Below, in pieces: positions 9,942 to 20,408 of a stretch of 64,000 bases of DNA. The translations under genes were made by a program, and so were the position numbers. This DNA comes from an uncultured cyanobacterium (GTDB taxonomy: Bacteria; Cyanobacteriota; Cyanobacteriia; PCC-9006; JAAUQQ01), in the NCBI GenBank assembly GCA_963718615.1, contig OY970368.1:992001-1056000 (forward strand). Reading direction: 5' to 3'. The notes beneath the pieces were generated by a model that worked only from the letters and a program-made list of their open reading frames with translations, searched no databases and was not told where the DNA came from. The stretch's first letter is position 1, and each line of letters opens with the position of its first letter.

Positions 9942-12173
9942 ATGGCGAAAAAACACAGCTTTTCTTCCCGGATTCAAAAGGCCATTCATTCTGAAGATAC
10001 AATTCATAACGGTTCTGCCAACGACTCCTTTGATCAGGTCTTAGCAAGAGCTCGCGTGGGGCGACGGGGGTTTCTCAAAGGCAGTTCATCCCTGGTGGCG
10101 GCTTCTATGCTGGGAACAGGGCTGTCTTTTCTGGCCGACTCAGCCCATCCTGCCCGGAAAGTTGCTCAAGCTACTACAAAGGCTTCTCTGAGCTTCAATC
10201 CAGTGGCCAAGACTATCACTGATAGCCTGACTGTTCCGGAGGGATATACGGCGAGAGTTTTATTGGCAACGGGTGATCCGATTCATCGGGATGTTACTCC
10301 CTATAAGAATGATGGGACCGACGATGACTTCGCAGGGCGGGCCGGCGATCACCATGACGCGATGCAATACTTCGGCATGGACTCCTCGGGTACGAAATGG
10401 GACTCTAAGGGTAGCGATCGCGCCCTCCTCTGTATAAACCACGAAGTTTGTGAAGACCTGGGCTTCATCCATCCCAATGGCCCAACGGACTATGGCCCCG
10501 AAGCGATCGCCCCTCGTCCTCCCACAGAAATCGATAAGGAAGTTGATGCCCATGGAGTGAGCGTGATTGAAATCCTGCGGCAGGGTGACACTTACCAGAT
10601 CAATCGTGACTCCCGGTACAACCGACGAATCACGGGCACAACCCTTTTTGAAATCACGGGGCCTGCTCGTCGCAGCCCGATGATGGCGACCGTTTTTTCT
10701 CCCAGTGGCGAACAGACCCGTGGAACCCTGAACAATTGCGGACATGGATACACGCCTTGGGGAACCTTTCTCAGTGGCGAAGAAAACTGGGCTGGATATT
10801 TCCATCGTCGCGAAGCGGATACGGCCAGAACCACCAAGGACGTAGCCTCGTTCAAACGCTACGGTATTGGTTCAGCGACTTCGGGGCGTTACAACTGGTC
10901 ACGAGCTGGAGCCACCGATAGCACCGACCACTATCGCCGTTGGGACGTCGGACAAACAGGCAGCAGCGCTGAGCAAGATTTTCGGAATGGGGCCAATGCC
11001 TTTGGTTGGGTTGTGGAAATTGATCCCTTTCATCCCAATGCTACTCCTAAAAAACGTACTGCCCTAGGTCGATTCGCCCATGAGGGAGCCTGGTCTGCTC
11101 CAGTGGTTGCTGGACAGCCCCTTGTGTTTTATATGGGCGACGATGCTCGCAACGAATACATCTATAAATTTGTTTCCGCCGCTGCCTGGGACCCTCAAGA
11201 TGCCACCAGAGGGCTGGAGGCTGGCAACAAGTATCTGGATGCCGGTACATTGTATGTGGCCCAATTTCAGGATGATGGGACTGGGGAGTGGTTGCCCCTA
11301 ACCCTCAACAATCCCAAGATTGCCAACTACACGACCTATCCCTTCGCGGATGAAGCTGATGTGGTAATCAATGCCCGTATCGCCGCCGATGCCGTTGGAG
11401 CCACGAAGATGGACCGTCCTGAGTGGGGCGGGGTCAACCCGGCCAATGGAGAGGTTTATATCACGCTGACCAACAATGTCTCAAGCAGTAATGGGCGAGG
11501 GTTTAAGACTCCCCTTGATGCCGCTAATCCCCGTTTCTATGGGGACGAGAAAGGCTCCAAAACCACTCAGGGGAATGTTAACGGCCACATCCTTCGTTGG
11601 CGTGAAACCGCTAGCAACTCTGCCGCGCTGTCCTTTTCCTGGGATGTTTATCTATTTGGAGCCCAGGCCGACGCAGAGGCGGACGTCAACCTTTCGAATC
11701 TCACGGATGAAAACGATTTTTCAAGCCCTGATGGCCTTTGGTTTAGCGAAGCAGTACCCGGTTTGCTATGGATTCAAACCGATGATGGTTATTACACCGA
11801 TCGTACCAATTGCATGATGCTAGCGGCAATCCCCGGAGCCGTGGGGGATGGTGGCACAAAAATGGTGACCAATAAGGCTGTACCCACGAATAGCAATTCG
11901 GATCAAACCCTCCAAACCTACCTGGGGCAGCCCGCTAGCCCAATGGTGTTACGGCGCTTTTTGGTTGGTCCTCGGGATTGTGAAATCACTGGCATCACTG
12001 AATCGCCCGATGGCAAGGTCCTTTTCGTGAATATTCAGCACCCCGGCGAGAATAGCCCCTCGGTTACTGATCCGAGTCAATTTACAAGCCATTGGCCGGA
12101 TGGGGGAAATGCGCGTCCCCGCTCTGCAACGGTCGTGATTACGCGCAATGATGGCGGGAAGATTGCGGTTTAG
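9942..12173 (+). CDS. phoX: Alkaline phosphatase PhoX (Tat-exported)
   Basis: GRRGFLK Tat motif; NNCG..TPWGTFLSGEEN, GRFAHE, MDRPE, SPDG, NIQHPGE motifs. Confidence 0.94.
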   Translation: MAKKHSFSSRIQKAIHSEDTIHNGSANDSFDQVLARARVGRRGFLKGSSSLVAASMLGTGLSFLADSAHPARKVAQATTKASLSFNPVAKTITDSLTVPEGYTARVLLATGDPIHRDVTPYKNDGTDDDFAGRAGDHHDAMQYFGMDSSGTKWDSKGSDRALLCINHEVCEDLGFIHPNGPTDYGPEAIAPRPPTEIDKEVDAHGVSVIEILRQGDTYQINRDSRYNRRITGTTLFEITGPARRSPMMATVFSPSGEQTRGTLNNCGHGYTPWGTFLSGEENWAGYFHRREADTARTTKDVASFKRYGIGSATSGRYNWSRAGATDSTDHYRRWDVGQTGSSAEQDFRNGANAFGWVVEIDPFHPNATPKKRTALGRFAHEGAWSAPVVAGQPLVFYMGDDARNEYIYKFVSAAAWDPQDATRGLEAGNKYLDAGTLYVAQFQDDGTGEWLPLTLNNPKIANYTTYPFADEADVVINARIAADAVGATKMDRPEWGGVNPANGEVYITLTNNVSSSNGRGFKTPLDAANPRFYGDEKGSKTTQGNVNGHILRWRETASNSAALSFSWDVYLFGAQADAEADVNLSNLTDENDFSSPDGLWFSEAVPGLLWIQTDDGYYTDRTNCMMLAAIPGAVGDGGTKMVTNKAVPTNSNSDQTLQTYLGQPASPMVLRRFLVGPRDCEITGITESPDGKVLFVNIQHPGENSPSVTDPSQFTSHWPDGGNARPRSATVVITRNDGGKIAV

Positions 12174-12314
12174 GGTATCCCTAACTACTGACGGTCTTTT
12201 TTTGAGGACACTTCTTTTCCTAAGAGCTTGATCGAGTTAAGGTCGAGCTCTTTTCTTAATTCTGAATGGGCTCGATTAAAATGGACAAGAGTTTGTTCAT
12301 CCTCATACAATCCT

Positions 12315-13340
12315 ATGGCTCCCGCAATTCTCATTGAGAAGCTTCAAAAATCCTACGGTTCGGTGCAGGCCGTCAAAGACGTCTCGCTCCAGGTGGAAGC
12401 GGGGGAGATTTTTGGACTATTGGGTCCTAACGGTGCGGGCAAAACAACGACGCTGCGCTGTCTCTGTACCTTGAGCACGCCCGACGCGGGTAAGCTGGAA
12501 GTCAGTGGGGTGTCGGTTGTGGCGCAGCCGAAGTTGGCGCGGCAGAAGCTGGGCTATGTGGCCCAGGAGGTGGCGCTGGATAAGGTTTTAACGGGGCGGG
12601 AACTACTGCGGCTTCAGGCGGCGCTGTATCACTTGCCGAAGCAACGGATTGGCGATCGCGTCCAACAAGTCATCGATCTCCTCGGCATTGGCGATTGGGC
12701 GGATCAAAAGACCGGCACCTACTCTGGCGGCATTCGTAAACGCCTAGACCTGGCGGCGGGATTGCTACACCAACCTAGCGTTCTGGTTTTGGATGAACCA
12801 ACGGTGGGTCTGGATATCGAGAGCCGCACGGTGATTTGGAATTTTTTACGCGGTCTAAAGGCCCAGGGGATTACGGTTTTGCTGACCAGCCACTATTTGG
12901 AGGAAGTGGATGCCCTGGCGGATCGGGTGGCGATTATTGACCGGGGGCAGGTAATTGCGGTAGGGACGCCGTCGGAGTTGAAGGATCGGGTGGGGGGCGA
13001 TCGCATCACGCTCCGCATTCGTGAATTCACCCCTGACGAAGAAGCCCACCAAGTCAAGCAGATGCTTGAGCAACTTCCCTTGGTGCAAGAGGTGATCCTT
13101 AATGCGGCCCAGGGCAATTCTTTAAACCTTGTGGTTGATCCCCAAGCAGATGCCTTAGCAACGGTGCAGCAAGCTTTGCGGGAGGCGGGGTTGCCGACGT
13201 TTGGGATAGCCCAGGCGCGACCTAGTTTGGATGATGTCTATTTGGCGGCGACGGGACGGACGTTGATGGATGCGGAATTGGCGGCGGCGGGGAGTCGGGA
13301 TTTGAAGAAGGAGAAGAAACAGGCGATGAAGGGTTTGTAG
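12315..13340 (+). CDS. ABC transporter ATP-binding protein (DrrA-like)
   Basis: GPNGAGKT, YSGG, LVLDEPT; likely start ATG 12315. Confidence 0.93.
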   Translation: MAPAILIEKLQKSYGSVQAVKDVSLQVEAGEIFGLLGPNGAGKTTTLRCLCTLSTPDAGKLEVSGVSVVAQPKLARQKLGYVAQEVALDKVLTGRELLRLQAALYHLPKQRIGDRVQQVIDLLGIGDWADQKTGTYSGGIRKRLDLAAGLLHQPSVLVLDEPTVGLDIESRTVIWNFLRGLKAQGITVLLTSHYLEEVDALADRVAIIDRGQVIAVGTPSELKDRVGGDRITLRIREFTPDEEAHQVKQMLEQLPLVQEVILNAAQGNSLNLVVDPQADALATVQQALREAGLPTFGIAQARPSLDDVYLAATGRTLMDAELAAAGSRDLKKEKKQAMKGL

Positions 13341-13390
13341 GGGCATGGGGCATGGGCATGGGGCAAGGGACATGGTGGTGGGGACATGGC
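13341..13390. repeat. Degenerate heptamer tandem repeats (GGGCATG-like, STRR type)
   Basis: Read directly after the ABC gene stop codon. Confidence 0.6.
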
Positions 13391-13459
13391 ATTGCCATAT
13401 CCCTACTCTCGTCTTCTGTGAATTCCTGGAACAATACCCCGATGTACAAACGGCACAAG

Positions 13460-13672
13460 CTAGGACTGAGACCCAACTGACACAGTTCTTTCGGGGAGGA
13501 GCAAGGAAGCAGTTTGAACTTCAAGTGTTCCTGGAACAGGAGGATCAATATTTACAAGTTCACGACATACAACTTTAGGGATAATGACCTGATTATAGAG
13601 TTGAGGTAAAAGTTGTAAGTGATGAATTGCCGCCAGATTCGTCAGCATCGATGTATCACTGATAACGATTAA
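13460..13672 (-). pseudogene. Truncated DUF3368 (PIN-domain) toxin
   Basis: IVISDTSMLTNLAAIHHLQLLPQLYNQVIIP..V..EL; no intact start codon; homology lost after ~55 aa. Confidence 0.7.
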
Positions 13673-13858
13673 AGCCGTCCCAACTCCTGCAAGTTTTTCA
13701 AGTCTATTGCAAAATCTTCCACGTCGTAGGAGTAGAGAGGTATGTTTTGCTGCTTAAGGAGTTGACGAAAAGCATTCAGGGGCACTTCTGCTAGCTTACT
13801 AGCATAACCTATCGTCAGATAACTAGTTTGGAATAGATGTAGGGCAATGCAGATTAGG
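13669..13858 (-). pseudogene. UPF0175-family antitoxin fragment
   Basis: Manual translation IALHLFQTSYLTIGYASKLAEVPLNAFRQLLKQQNIPLYSYDVEDFAIDLKNLQELGRL*; N-terminus missing; overlaps the DUF3368 fragment. Confidence 0.7.
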
Positions 13859-13917
13859 TCTCTATCTTGTTGCTCGATTGAACTGCTTTAGGTTTTGAAT
13901 AAATCAAATACGAAGAT

Positions 13918-14058
13918 GGCTCTGATAGCTCAGTTCGGCTGACAATCAAAACTGAGTATCAGGTGGTTGGGGCTGGCTTAAATTCGCTCAAACATTACTT
14001 TAGAGTTGTTTTTCACTTTCTCTATTGATCCCGTCCGACTCAGGACCTATGTTAGGTG
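13918..14058 (-). other. Degenerate attC site of the distal cassette
   Basis: On the minus strand CACCTAAC follows the gene stop; CTGAGTCGG...CCGAACTGAG arms are present; the far core is decayed (ATCAGAG). Confidence 0.55.
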
Positions 14059-14096
14059 TTTTCTTATGCATCCAGCTTGTTATAAAGACAATGCTA

Positions 14097-15779
14097 CTAT
14101 ACGGGGCTTAATTGCTTGCTAATTTTGTACATCTCATCATGATTTAGCTTTAAGAGAGGCATACGAATTAAACTCCCATTTAGAGAGATGCTTCCTTGTT
14201 CCCACTCTACTACTGATCTGTTGTAGATATCTATTAAAAGTCTATCTGTAACCGTCTTAACGTCTGCAAGATTCAAGTTTTCGGAGGATAGGATTCTATG
14301 TACGACTCCGTTAAGCAATTGAAGATTAAGCACAGTAATATCTTTTTTTAGCTTCCAAACTGAATGAGTGCCAAGACCAGCACGGCACAATAGTACACTT
14401 ACACATTGAACGTTCTCGACTCTTATTTCAAATATTTCCGATATTACAGAATCACGCTCATCTTGAGGTAAATCTTGAAAACGGTTAAGTTGCTCTATTC
14501 CCTCTTTTGAACGATTTTCAACAGCTTTTGTCATTCTTGCACCTTGTGGTGGAATAGCTGCTTTCGCTTGAATATGTACCACTGTATTAGCGCTTGATTG
14601 ATAGATGAGTAAATCAAATTCTCCCTTGCTCCAATTTTTATTAGAGACGATCCTTAAACCTGGTAGTCTTTCCCATATTTCTAAAGCTTGCTTTAAAAGT
14701 GTGGGTTCAAGATGCTGTGAAACAATATTGTTGAATTGAGTCGTATTGCATCTGTTAAGAACATAGAAAATGTTTCTTGTTGCCAACATTGATCGAAGAA
14801 TATATGGGCTAAATAAATAAGAATGCGAATAATCTATTAAAGGTGGGAAAAAACCTTCACCAGAATTTTCAAAATTCTGATTGACAACATCAATAGTGAA
14901 GAAATTTAATATATTTTCAATTGCAGAACTTTTAACGTTTGTTAAAGCCATTAATAACCTTATAAAAAAGCTTTTAGCATTAAAAACTGCAACCCATTCG
15001 TAAAATTCGTGAAATAGAGTTTCCTTTCTTGTTTCACTGCTTTCATTAAGCCAAAGAAATTCTAAAGCATTTGCAAGACCAATACTGTAGTCTGCATATG
15101 CGAATAGTGCAGCCCTGATCTTACAAAACTCTTCCCATGTTGTCCCAATAGATATTTGGAAAGCGTTTGGCTCTAAAATTGGTATTTCCTTAAAACTATT
15201 TAAACGATATTGAAATAGATCGGCTAATACTCTACACATCAAAGCCATATTAATATTAGGAAGTTGATCCGCTAGTTCAATAAATTCTTGCTTTAAATTA
15301 GGAGCTTCACCAACTAAGAACGTTAAGCTAAGTTCAGTTAAAAGAACATCGTACTCTTCAGCTCTTGAAAATTCTTCATTGGGATGTATAAGCTCAAACC
15401 CTTCCTCGATTTTTCTGACCTCATAGTAACCGCGCCGTACTTCAGGCATAAGTTCGCAAAAATGGGCATAGGATACTAGCTCTCGAAAATCTTTGACGAA
15501 CAGTGCAGTAGCTGAAAAAGCATCGATTGCGCTAACTCCTATTTGTGAAGTGCATTTTCTCAGCAAAGGGATTAAGTAAGAAAGTCTACTACTTAATGCT
15601 TCACCTTCTGCTTGATTCTTAGATATGTTGTGACCAAAGCGCTCACCCTGAATCAGAATGTCGATTACCACAAATAAGCTTGTTAAAACACTCCTAAGCG
15701 GTAACTGAAACATATCAGACTGAACAATTTTGTTGTCAATTTCACCTTCGAAAGAAAAAAGATCATCTCGATCGCTCAT
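14097..15779 (-). CDS. Cassette-borne hypothetical protein with C-terminal PD-(D/E)xK-like nuclease motif
   Basis: AT-rich 560-aa ORF; E...GEFDLLIY...VVHIQAK. Confidence 0.6.
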   Translation of the reverse strand: MSDRDDLFSFEGEIDNKIVQSDMFQLPLRSVLTSLFVVIDILIQGERFGHNISKNQAEGEALSSRLSYLIPLLRKCTSQIGVSAIDAFSATALFVKDFRELVSYAHFCELMPEVRRGYYEVRKIEEGFELIHPNEEFSRAEEYDVLLTELSLTFLVGEAPNLKQEFIELADQLPNINMALMCRVLADLFQYRLNSFKEIPILEPNAFQISIGTTWEEFCKIRAALFAYADYSIGLANALEFLWLNESSETRKETLFHEFYEWVAVFNAKSFFIRLLMALTNVKSSAIENILNFFTIDVVNQNFENSGEGFFPPLIDYSHSYLFSPYILRSMLATRNIFYVLNRCNTTQFNNIVSQHLEPTLLKQALEIWERLPGLRIVSNKNWSKGEFDLLIYQSSANTVVHIQAKAAIPPQGARMTKAVENRSKEGIEQLNRFQDLPQDERDSVISEIFEIRVENVQCVSVLLCRAGLGTHSVWKLKKDITVLNLQLLNGVVHRILSSENLNLADVKTVTDRLLIDIYNRSVVEWEQGSISLNGSLIRMPLLKLNHDEMYKISKQLSPV

Positions 15780-15937
15780 TACTCTTACCCGCTAAATATA
15801 TAGGCTAACCTAGTCTAATATAAAGGGAGCCACCAGAGGCTTGTTACAGTTCACAACTGACACCTAACGACCTCGTTAGACTGATTGGCAAGATAGCTGG
15901 CCCTTAATTTGTTCAACGCATCCTGGTAAATCATGGG

Positions 15938-16341
15938 GGTAGTGCCTTTAGCTGGGGGATGAGTATGGTGTGGCCATTAGAGAAAGAAAAAGCAAACTGG
16001 GTAAGACCCTTCTGTGCCAATTGCAATGACTCAAGAGCTGCTTCATTGTCCTAACTGTCTATCTGAAGATATCAGCCGTAACGGCTTCAACGATCGCGGT
16101 ACTCAAAGCTATAAATGTCGAGATTGCCGTCGCCGGTTTGTCCTGACTCCGAAATCCCTTCCCTTGAGCGATCTGCGGCAAAGGGTGTCGCGCTTGGTGC
16201 GAAAGGCGCTCTCGTTTTCAAAGAAACAAGAGAACCACGAGGCTGCGATCTGGAATTTCGTTCACCATTACAACCAGCCATTGCGCCTTAAGCAGGCACA
16301 TGCCGCTTCATTCTCTCCAGCACCCACATAATTGGACTACC
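15938..16341 (+). mobile_element. Internally deleted IS1-family element
   Basis: Imperfect terminal IRs GGTAGTGCCTTTAGCTGGGGG / GGTAGTCCAATTATGTGGGTG. ORF 16014..16331 fuses an InsA Zn finger (CPNC..YKCRDC) to an InsB C-terminus (LRQRVSRLVRKALSFSK). Confidence 0.85.
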
Positions 16342-16727
16342 CTAAATTGTATGGGCCAATTCCTGAGTTAGATGGGTGGTTGAGGCGACGAATTCGGATG
16401 TGTTATTGGAAACAATGGCGCAGACCGAGGACTCGCATCAGTAACCTGTTGAAGTTGGGGACACCGAAGCAGCACGCTTTTTCTACTGGCTTGAGCCGGA
16501 AGGGATATTGGCGGTTGTCGCGGACGTTGGCCACGCAGACGGGTATGACAAATGAGTGGTTGGCACAACAGGGATTGCTTTCGATTCGTGACCTATGGAT
16601 GAAAGTCCAGGGCTACGAAGAGAAGCCTGTCAGTTTGTCTAGCAGTTAGGTTGAGAACCGCCCATTGCGGAGCCGCACGATGGGTGGTGTGGGAGGGGGG
16701 ATTCGTGAGGATTCTCCCTATCCCGAT
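16342..16727 (+). mobile_element. 3' remnant of a group IIC-attC intron (maturase C-terminus plus domains V/VI)
   Basis: ELDGWLRRRIRMCYWKQW...SRKGYWR; domain V GAACCGCC..CGGAGCCGCACGATGGGTGGTGT; ends CCTATCCCGAT and is followed by the attC core remainder TGGGCTGC. Confidence 0.88.
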
Positions 16728-16846
16728 TGGGCTGCTGGCAAGACACTCAAGTTAGCGGCAATGCCATAAACTCTGCTTTTCTAGTCGCAATGTTCTGGTG
16801 TTGTTTGTCAACACAAAAATGGAATCGTACTCTGCCGAAATTCCTC

Positions 16847-18427
16847 CTATAACCTGCACGCTTCTAAGCGAGAGAAAAGACTTGGCACTCCTCTAACCCA
16901 ACCTCCCGGTCGGGGTAAATGTCCTAACGGAGCCGATGAATCAAAGATCAAATCATAATACGGTATCCAAATACTTTTTAATCGCCATCCGACGCGGTCG
17001 CCAAACTTTTCATAAGTACTATCATCATAATTGTCATCAAGCTTGCCACCACATTCTAGATAAATTTGCTTCTGAATACTGAAACCAAATTTACCGCTAC
17101 TGTATTTCACCCACAATTCATCAAGGGTGCGGAGATCTAAACAGGGGAACTGTCTTATTTCTTCCTCCCTAACCCAGTCGCTTTCTCTCCGACCAATAAG
17201 CTTGAGTATGATCTTATAAGTTTCATAATCAGCTTCTTTCCATCTCCCAGCCTTTAACAAATCTCGGAGTAAAGTATAGTCCAAACCCCGCTCAGAACTA
17301 AGGTTATCGTGGGATGCTTCAACAGTCAAAGATGAATGTTGGGTGGAAGCAGACTGCTCAGCAACTACCTGTGCTTCAATTGCTGCAATATCTTCATCTC
17401 GTAAACCTAAATATTGCCGATAGTCTTTCAGATCCCTTAGAGATCCTTCACTTATAGGATTCTCCACCTGCATTACCTCAAGCAATGCCTCTTTATATTC
17501 TTGCAGTTTGCGTCGGTACTCTCGATGAGGTTGTAAAACCTCAACCTCAATTGCATGTGCCTCCGCTTCCGACAAGCCAAGTTGTTGTTTCAATACGTGC
17601 AAGACTCTACGAGCTACAGAGGATAATTCATCACGACTGGCAAAACGTTGTAATTCTTTGCGATATCTTAGTTTTGAATTGTCTACAGGTACTTTGGCTA
17701 GCAGAATCTTGTAACCTTCCGCAGCAGTGTAAAACATAGGAGTCATTGCTGGAGCAGCCGCTCTCACTTTGGCTTGAACGTACTCATGTAATTCATCAAC
17801 AGCAATAAAACCATCACTATCTAAATCGGCTGCTCCCGTTGCAATCCCCTCAACTAAATAACGGGTATAAAGTGACAGGTCAGATTCCTCCTGCCAAAAA
17901 GCATACTGGGTAGAGCTAGAGGAGGTTAGAATAGCACGTCCAACACCACCTAACTGTGCCCGGATATCGATATGGTCGTCGTCTCTGACAGGTAAAATCT
18001 TTACATCTCGACCAAATGTTCCACTAAAATCGCAATCTAAAATGACTACCTGTCTACGAGAACGACCATTACTCATCATCTCTTGAATGAATCTAGCTGA
18101 AACAGCAGTAGATTTTGCGAATCTATCCTTATCCTTTCGAGTGTTCCGAGTAGCTAAATAAATCTCTTCATTGTCGTCTTTAATTCCATGACCAGAGTAA
18201 TAGAATAATACCAAATCATTATTCTGGCTCTTAGAAAATAAATCATCTATGGCTTCTTCCATCTCTTGTCTACTTGGATTAGCTAGTAGAGAAGCCTGGT
18301 CAAATCCACCTACTTCGGGGTCTCGTAAAACGCGAGCCATTGCCTCGGCATCTACTCCTGCGCTTGGGAGTGGATTTAACCCCAGTTCATACTCACTCAC
18401 CCCTATCAATAGTGCAATTTTAGCCAT
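16847..18427 (-). CDS. Caspase-like (peptidase C14) plus helical linker plus GUN4-domain protein
   Basis: KIALLIGVSEY, YYSGHG, ILDCDFSG; C-terminal GUN4 motifs (LRDLLKAGRWKEAD.ET, LW..YS.GKFGFSIQK.IY, APLGHLP). Confidence 0.85.
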   Translation of the reverse strand: MAKIALLIGVSEYELGLNPLPSAGVDAEAMARVLRDPEVGGFDQASLLANPSRQEMEEAIDDLFSKSQNNDLVLFYYSGHGIKDDNEEIYLATRNTRKDKDRFAKSTAVSARFIQEMMSNGRSRRQVVILDCDFSGTFGRDVKILPVRDDDHIDIRAQLGGVGRAILTSSSSTQYAFWQEESDLSLYTRYLVEGIATGAADLDSDGFIAVDELHEYVQAKVRAAAPAMTPMFYTAAEGYKILLAKVPVDNSKLRYRKELQRFASRDELSSVARRVLHVLKQQLGLSEAEAHAIEVEVLQPHREYRRKLQEYKEALLEVMQVENPISEGSLRDLKDYRQYLGLRDEDIAAIEAQVVAEQSASTQHSSLTVEASHDNLSSERGLDYTLLRDLLKAGRWKEADYETYKIILKLIGRRESDWVREEEIRQFPCLDLRTLDELWVKYSSGKFGFSIQKQIYLECGGKLDDNYDDSTYEKFGDRVGWRLKSIWIPYYDLIFDSSAPLGHLPRPGGWVRGVPSLFSRLEACRL

Positions 18428-20333
18428 TGTCTATCTCATGAGTAACAAATGCTAGTAAACTGTGAATCTCATCATTATCAGACTCTATATCTAATGCCTT
18501 TCTGAGTTGCTCCTTTGCTAGTTCAAACTCTTTTTGCAGTCTCAAATCTCGACCGTACCCTAACAGTGCTTGAATATAGTTTTCTTTAGTTCGTACTGAA
18601 TCAATCTGAAATCCCCTTGCATAAAGTGCTGACGCTTTACCAAAATCCTCAATCTCTAAGCACGCTGCTGCCATATTAAGTAGAGCACTAAAATGATTGG
18701 GGTTTAAATCTAGTACCTGACTGTATAGATCAAGCGTAGTTGTCATCTCACCCTTCTGATGCAACTCCATTGCTCCTTGATAAATACGATTAGCCTCTGG
18801 CTCCAACTTCTCCAACTCTCTTATTTCCTGGCGGAGTGGATAACGTTTGATTAACCAACGGCGGACAAGTTCAATTTTTACTTTATATGCGGGTGCTTTG
18901 GAATCTTTTATAAAATCTAGGAAATTCCATTCAACCAGTCGTTTTTCAGCATCAACTAATGGTTTAGTCCGAACAACTCCATATCCCTCCAACAACTCTA
19001 GTGGTAGAACTAATTTAGATTCTACTCTGGGTAGCCCAAGTGTTAGAACCTGTCCCACACGAACGTGCTGTAATTCTGTACTGACTACAACTGCCCCTAG
19101 TCTTGGATCATAGGAAGCGATCCAGGCTGTAGAGGGTAACTCACGCATCAGATAGCTATATAACCAGGTTGGAGCACGACCCGTAATGACTATTCCAATG
19201 TTCGTATCAATCTCTTCAGGTAGCTCTAGATTTACGAGATCCTGCGGCTCGATAACCCCACTTTCAGAGAGAAGTTCTATGGTTAACCACTGATATCTTA
19301 AACCTTCATAATCTTGCTGTTCACTTAATTGAAAGCGAACTGAGGCATTAGATGTTTGACTAATGTTACTTTGAATATCTAAATCACTGACTTCTTTGTT
19401 GGCTTTCTTTTGAGCTTCTGCTACAGCCGAAAAGACAACCCGTTCAGGAATGGGCAACCCATCTCGAAACCATGCTAAACCCGCTTCACCAATCTCAATT
19501 GCTCTATCTACAATTCTTTCTACATTTTCACAAATAATTTTCCAGCTTTGTTGCTCTCGTGCGTATCCAAAAAGCGTAAAACATATTAATTGTGTAAAGT
19601 AAGGATGTCCTGCTGAGAGGTTAAGAATTGCTTGTATAGCTGCTGAATCGTACTCTAATATTTCTTTAGCAGGTTCAACAATTAAACGCTTCGCACTCGT
19701 TTCATCAAGCAAACCAATCTCTTGACTAGGCGCTTCTTTGAATAAACTGAGTAACTTTGGCATGTCATCCAGTCGTCGTCCCACAACCGGAATGAGAAAA
19801 AGTTGTTTCTGTCGATGAATGATTGACTGTAAGTAGGGAAAAAAGTGTTCAACTGCTGTCTCTGGGTTATAGCTACTTAAGACATCAAACTCATCCATTA
19901 ACAAGACTAAGTTTCTGCCTCGCAATGCTTCATAAACTTGAGACAGAAAAATGCGAGAGAAAGCACTTGAATCTTCTTTCAGTTCCGTTGCTGAAGGTAA
20001 TGTTATCTCTTCTAATGGCAGTTCAAGTTGATCGACAATTTCCATAGCAAGATAGTGCAACACATCACTAAGAGGTGTTTTGCTTCTATCTTGAAGATCA
20101 AAGAGTACAAAAGAAAACTCGTTCAATCCGACACACCTTGGAATTTGAGAGAGTACAGAAGATTTGCCAATACGCCGTTGACCATGCAGCAAAATAACTT
20201 TTGCACCTGACTTCAGATTATCCTTAACGAATTGAAATAAATTTTCTCGCCCAAAAAACAGATCTGGCTTGTCGATCGGACTGCCAATGTCATAAGGATT
20301 TCTCCGAGATTGTGGAGACATCATAATCATCAA
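18420..20333 (-). CDS. P-loop (STAND/AAA-like) ATPase with inserted Csx3-like domain and C-terminal TPRs
   Basis: NPY..G.P..FFGRE, GQRRIGKSS, LLMDEFD, SAGHPYFTQ; Csx3-like GIVITGRAPTWLY..WIASYDPRLGAVVVST at ~19040-19350; TPR tail. Confidence 0.85.
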   Translation of the reverse strand: MMIMMSPQSRRNPYDIGSPIDKPDLFFGRENLFQFVKDNLKSGAKVILLHGQRRIGKSSVLSQIPRCVGLNEFSFVLFDLQDRSKTPLSDVLHYLAMEIVDQLELPLEEITLPSATELKEDSSAFSRIFLSQVYEALRGRNLVLLMDEFDVLSSYNPETAVEHFFPYLQSIIHRQKQLFLIPVVGRRLDDMPKLLSLFKEAPSQEIGLLDETSAKRLIVEPAKEILEYDSAAIQAILNLSAGHPYFTQLICFTLFGYAREQQSWKIICENVERIVDRAIEIGEAGLAWFRDGLPIPERVVFSAVAEAQKKANKEVSDLDIQSNISQTSNASVRFQLSEQQDYEGLRYQWLTIELLSESGVIEPQDLVNLELPEEIDTNIGIVITGRAPTWLYSYLMRELPSTAWIASYDPRLGAVVVSTELQHVRVGQVLTLGLPRVESKLVLPLELLEGYGVVRTKPLVDAEKRLVEWNFLDFIKDSKAPAYKVKIELVRRWLIKRYPLRQEIRELEKLEPEANRIYQGAMELHQKGEMTTTLDLYSQVLDLNPNHFSALLNMAAACLEIEDFGKASALYARGFQIDSVRTKENYIQALLGYGRDLRLQKEFELAKEQLRKALDIESDNDEIHSLLAFVTHEIDNG

Positions 20334-20408
20334 TCCTGAGCCATGAGATCGAAGAGAAGACAGTAAAACAACTATAAGTAGAACACGTACTCTATACTCA
20401 ACAAGCAG

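Noticed and set aside
19040-19350. Csx3-like domain taken as evidence of a CRISPR-Cas locus
   Set aside because: No cas10, RAMP, cas1/2 or array is present in the window, and the domain is embedded in an ATPase.
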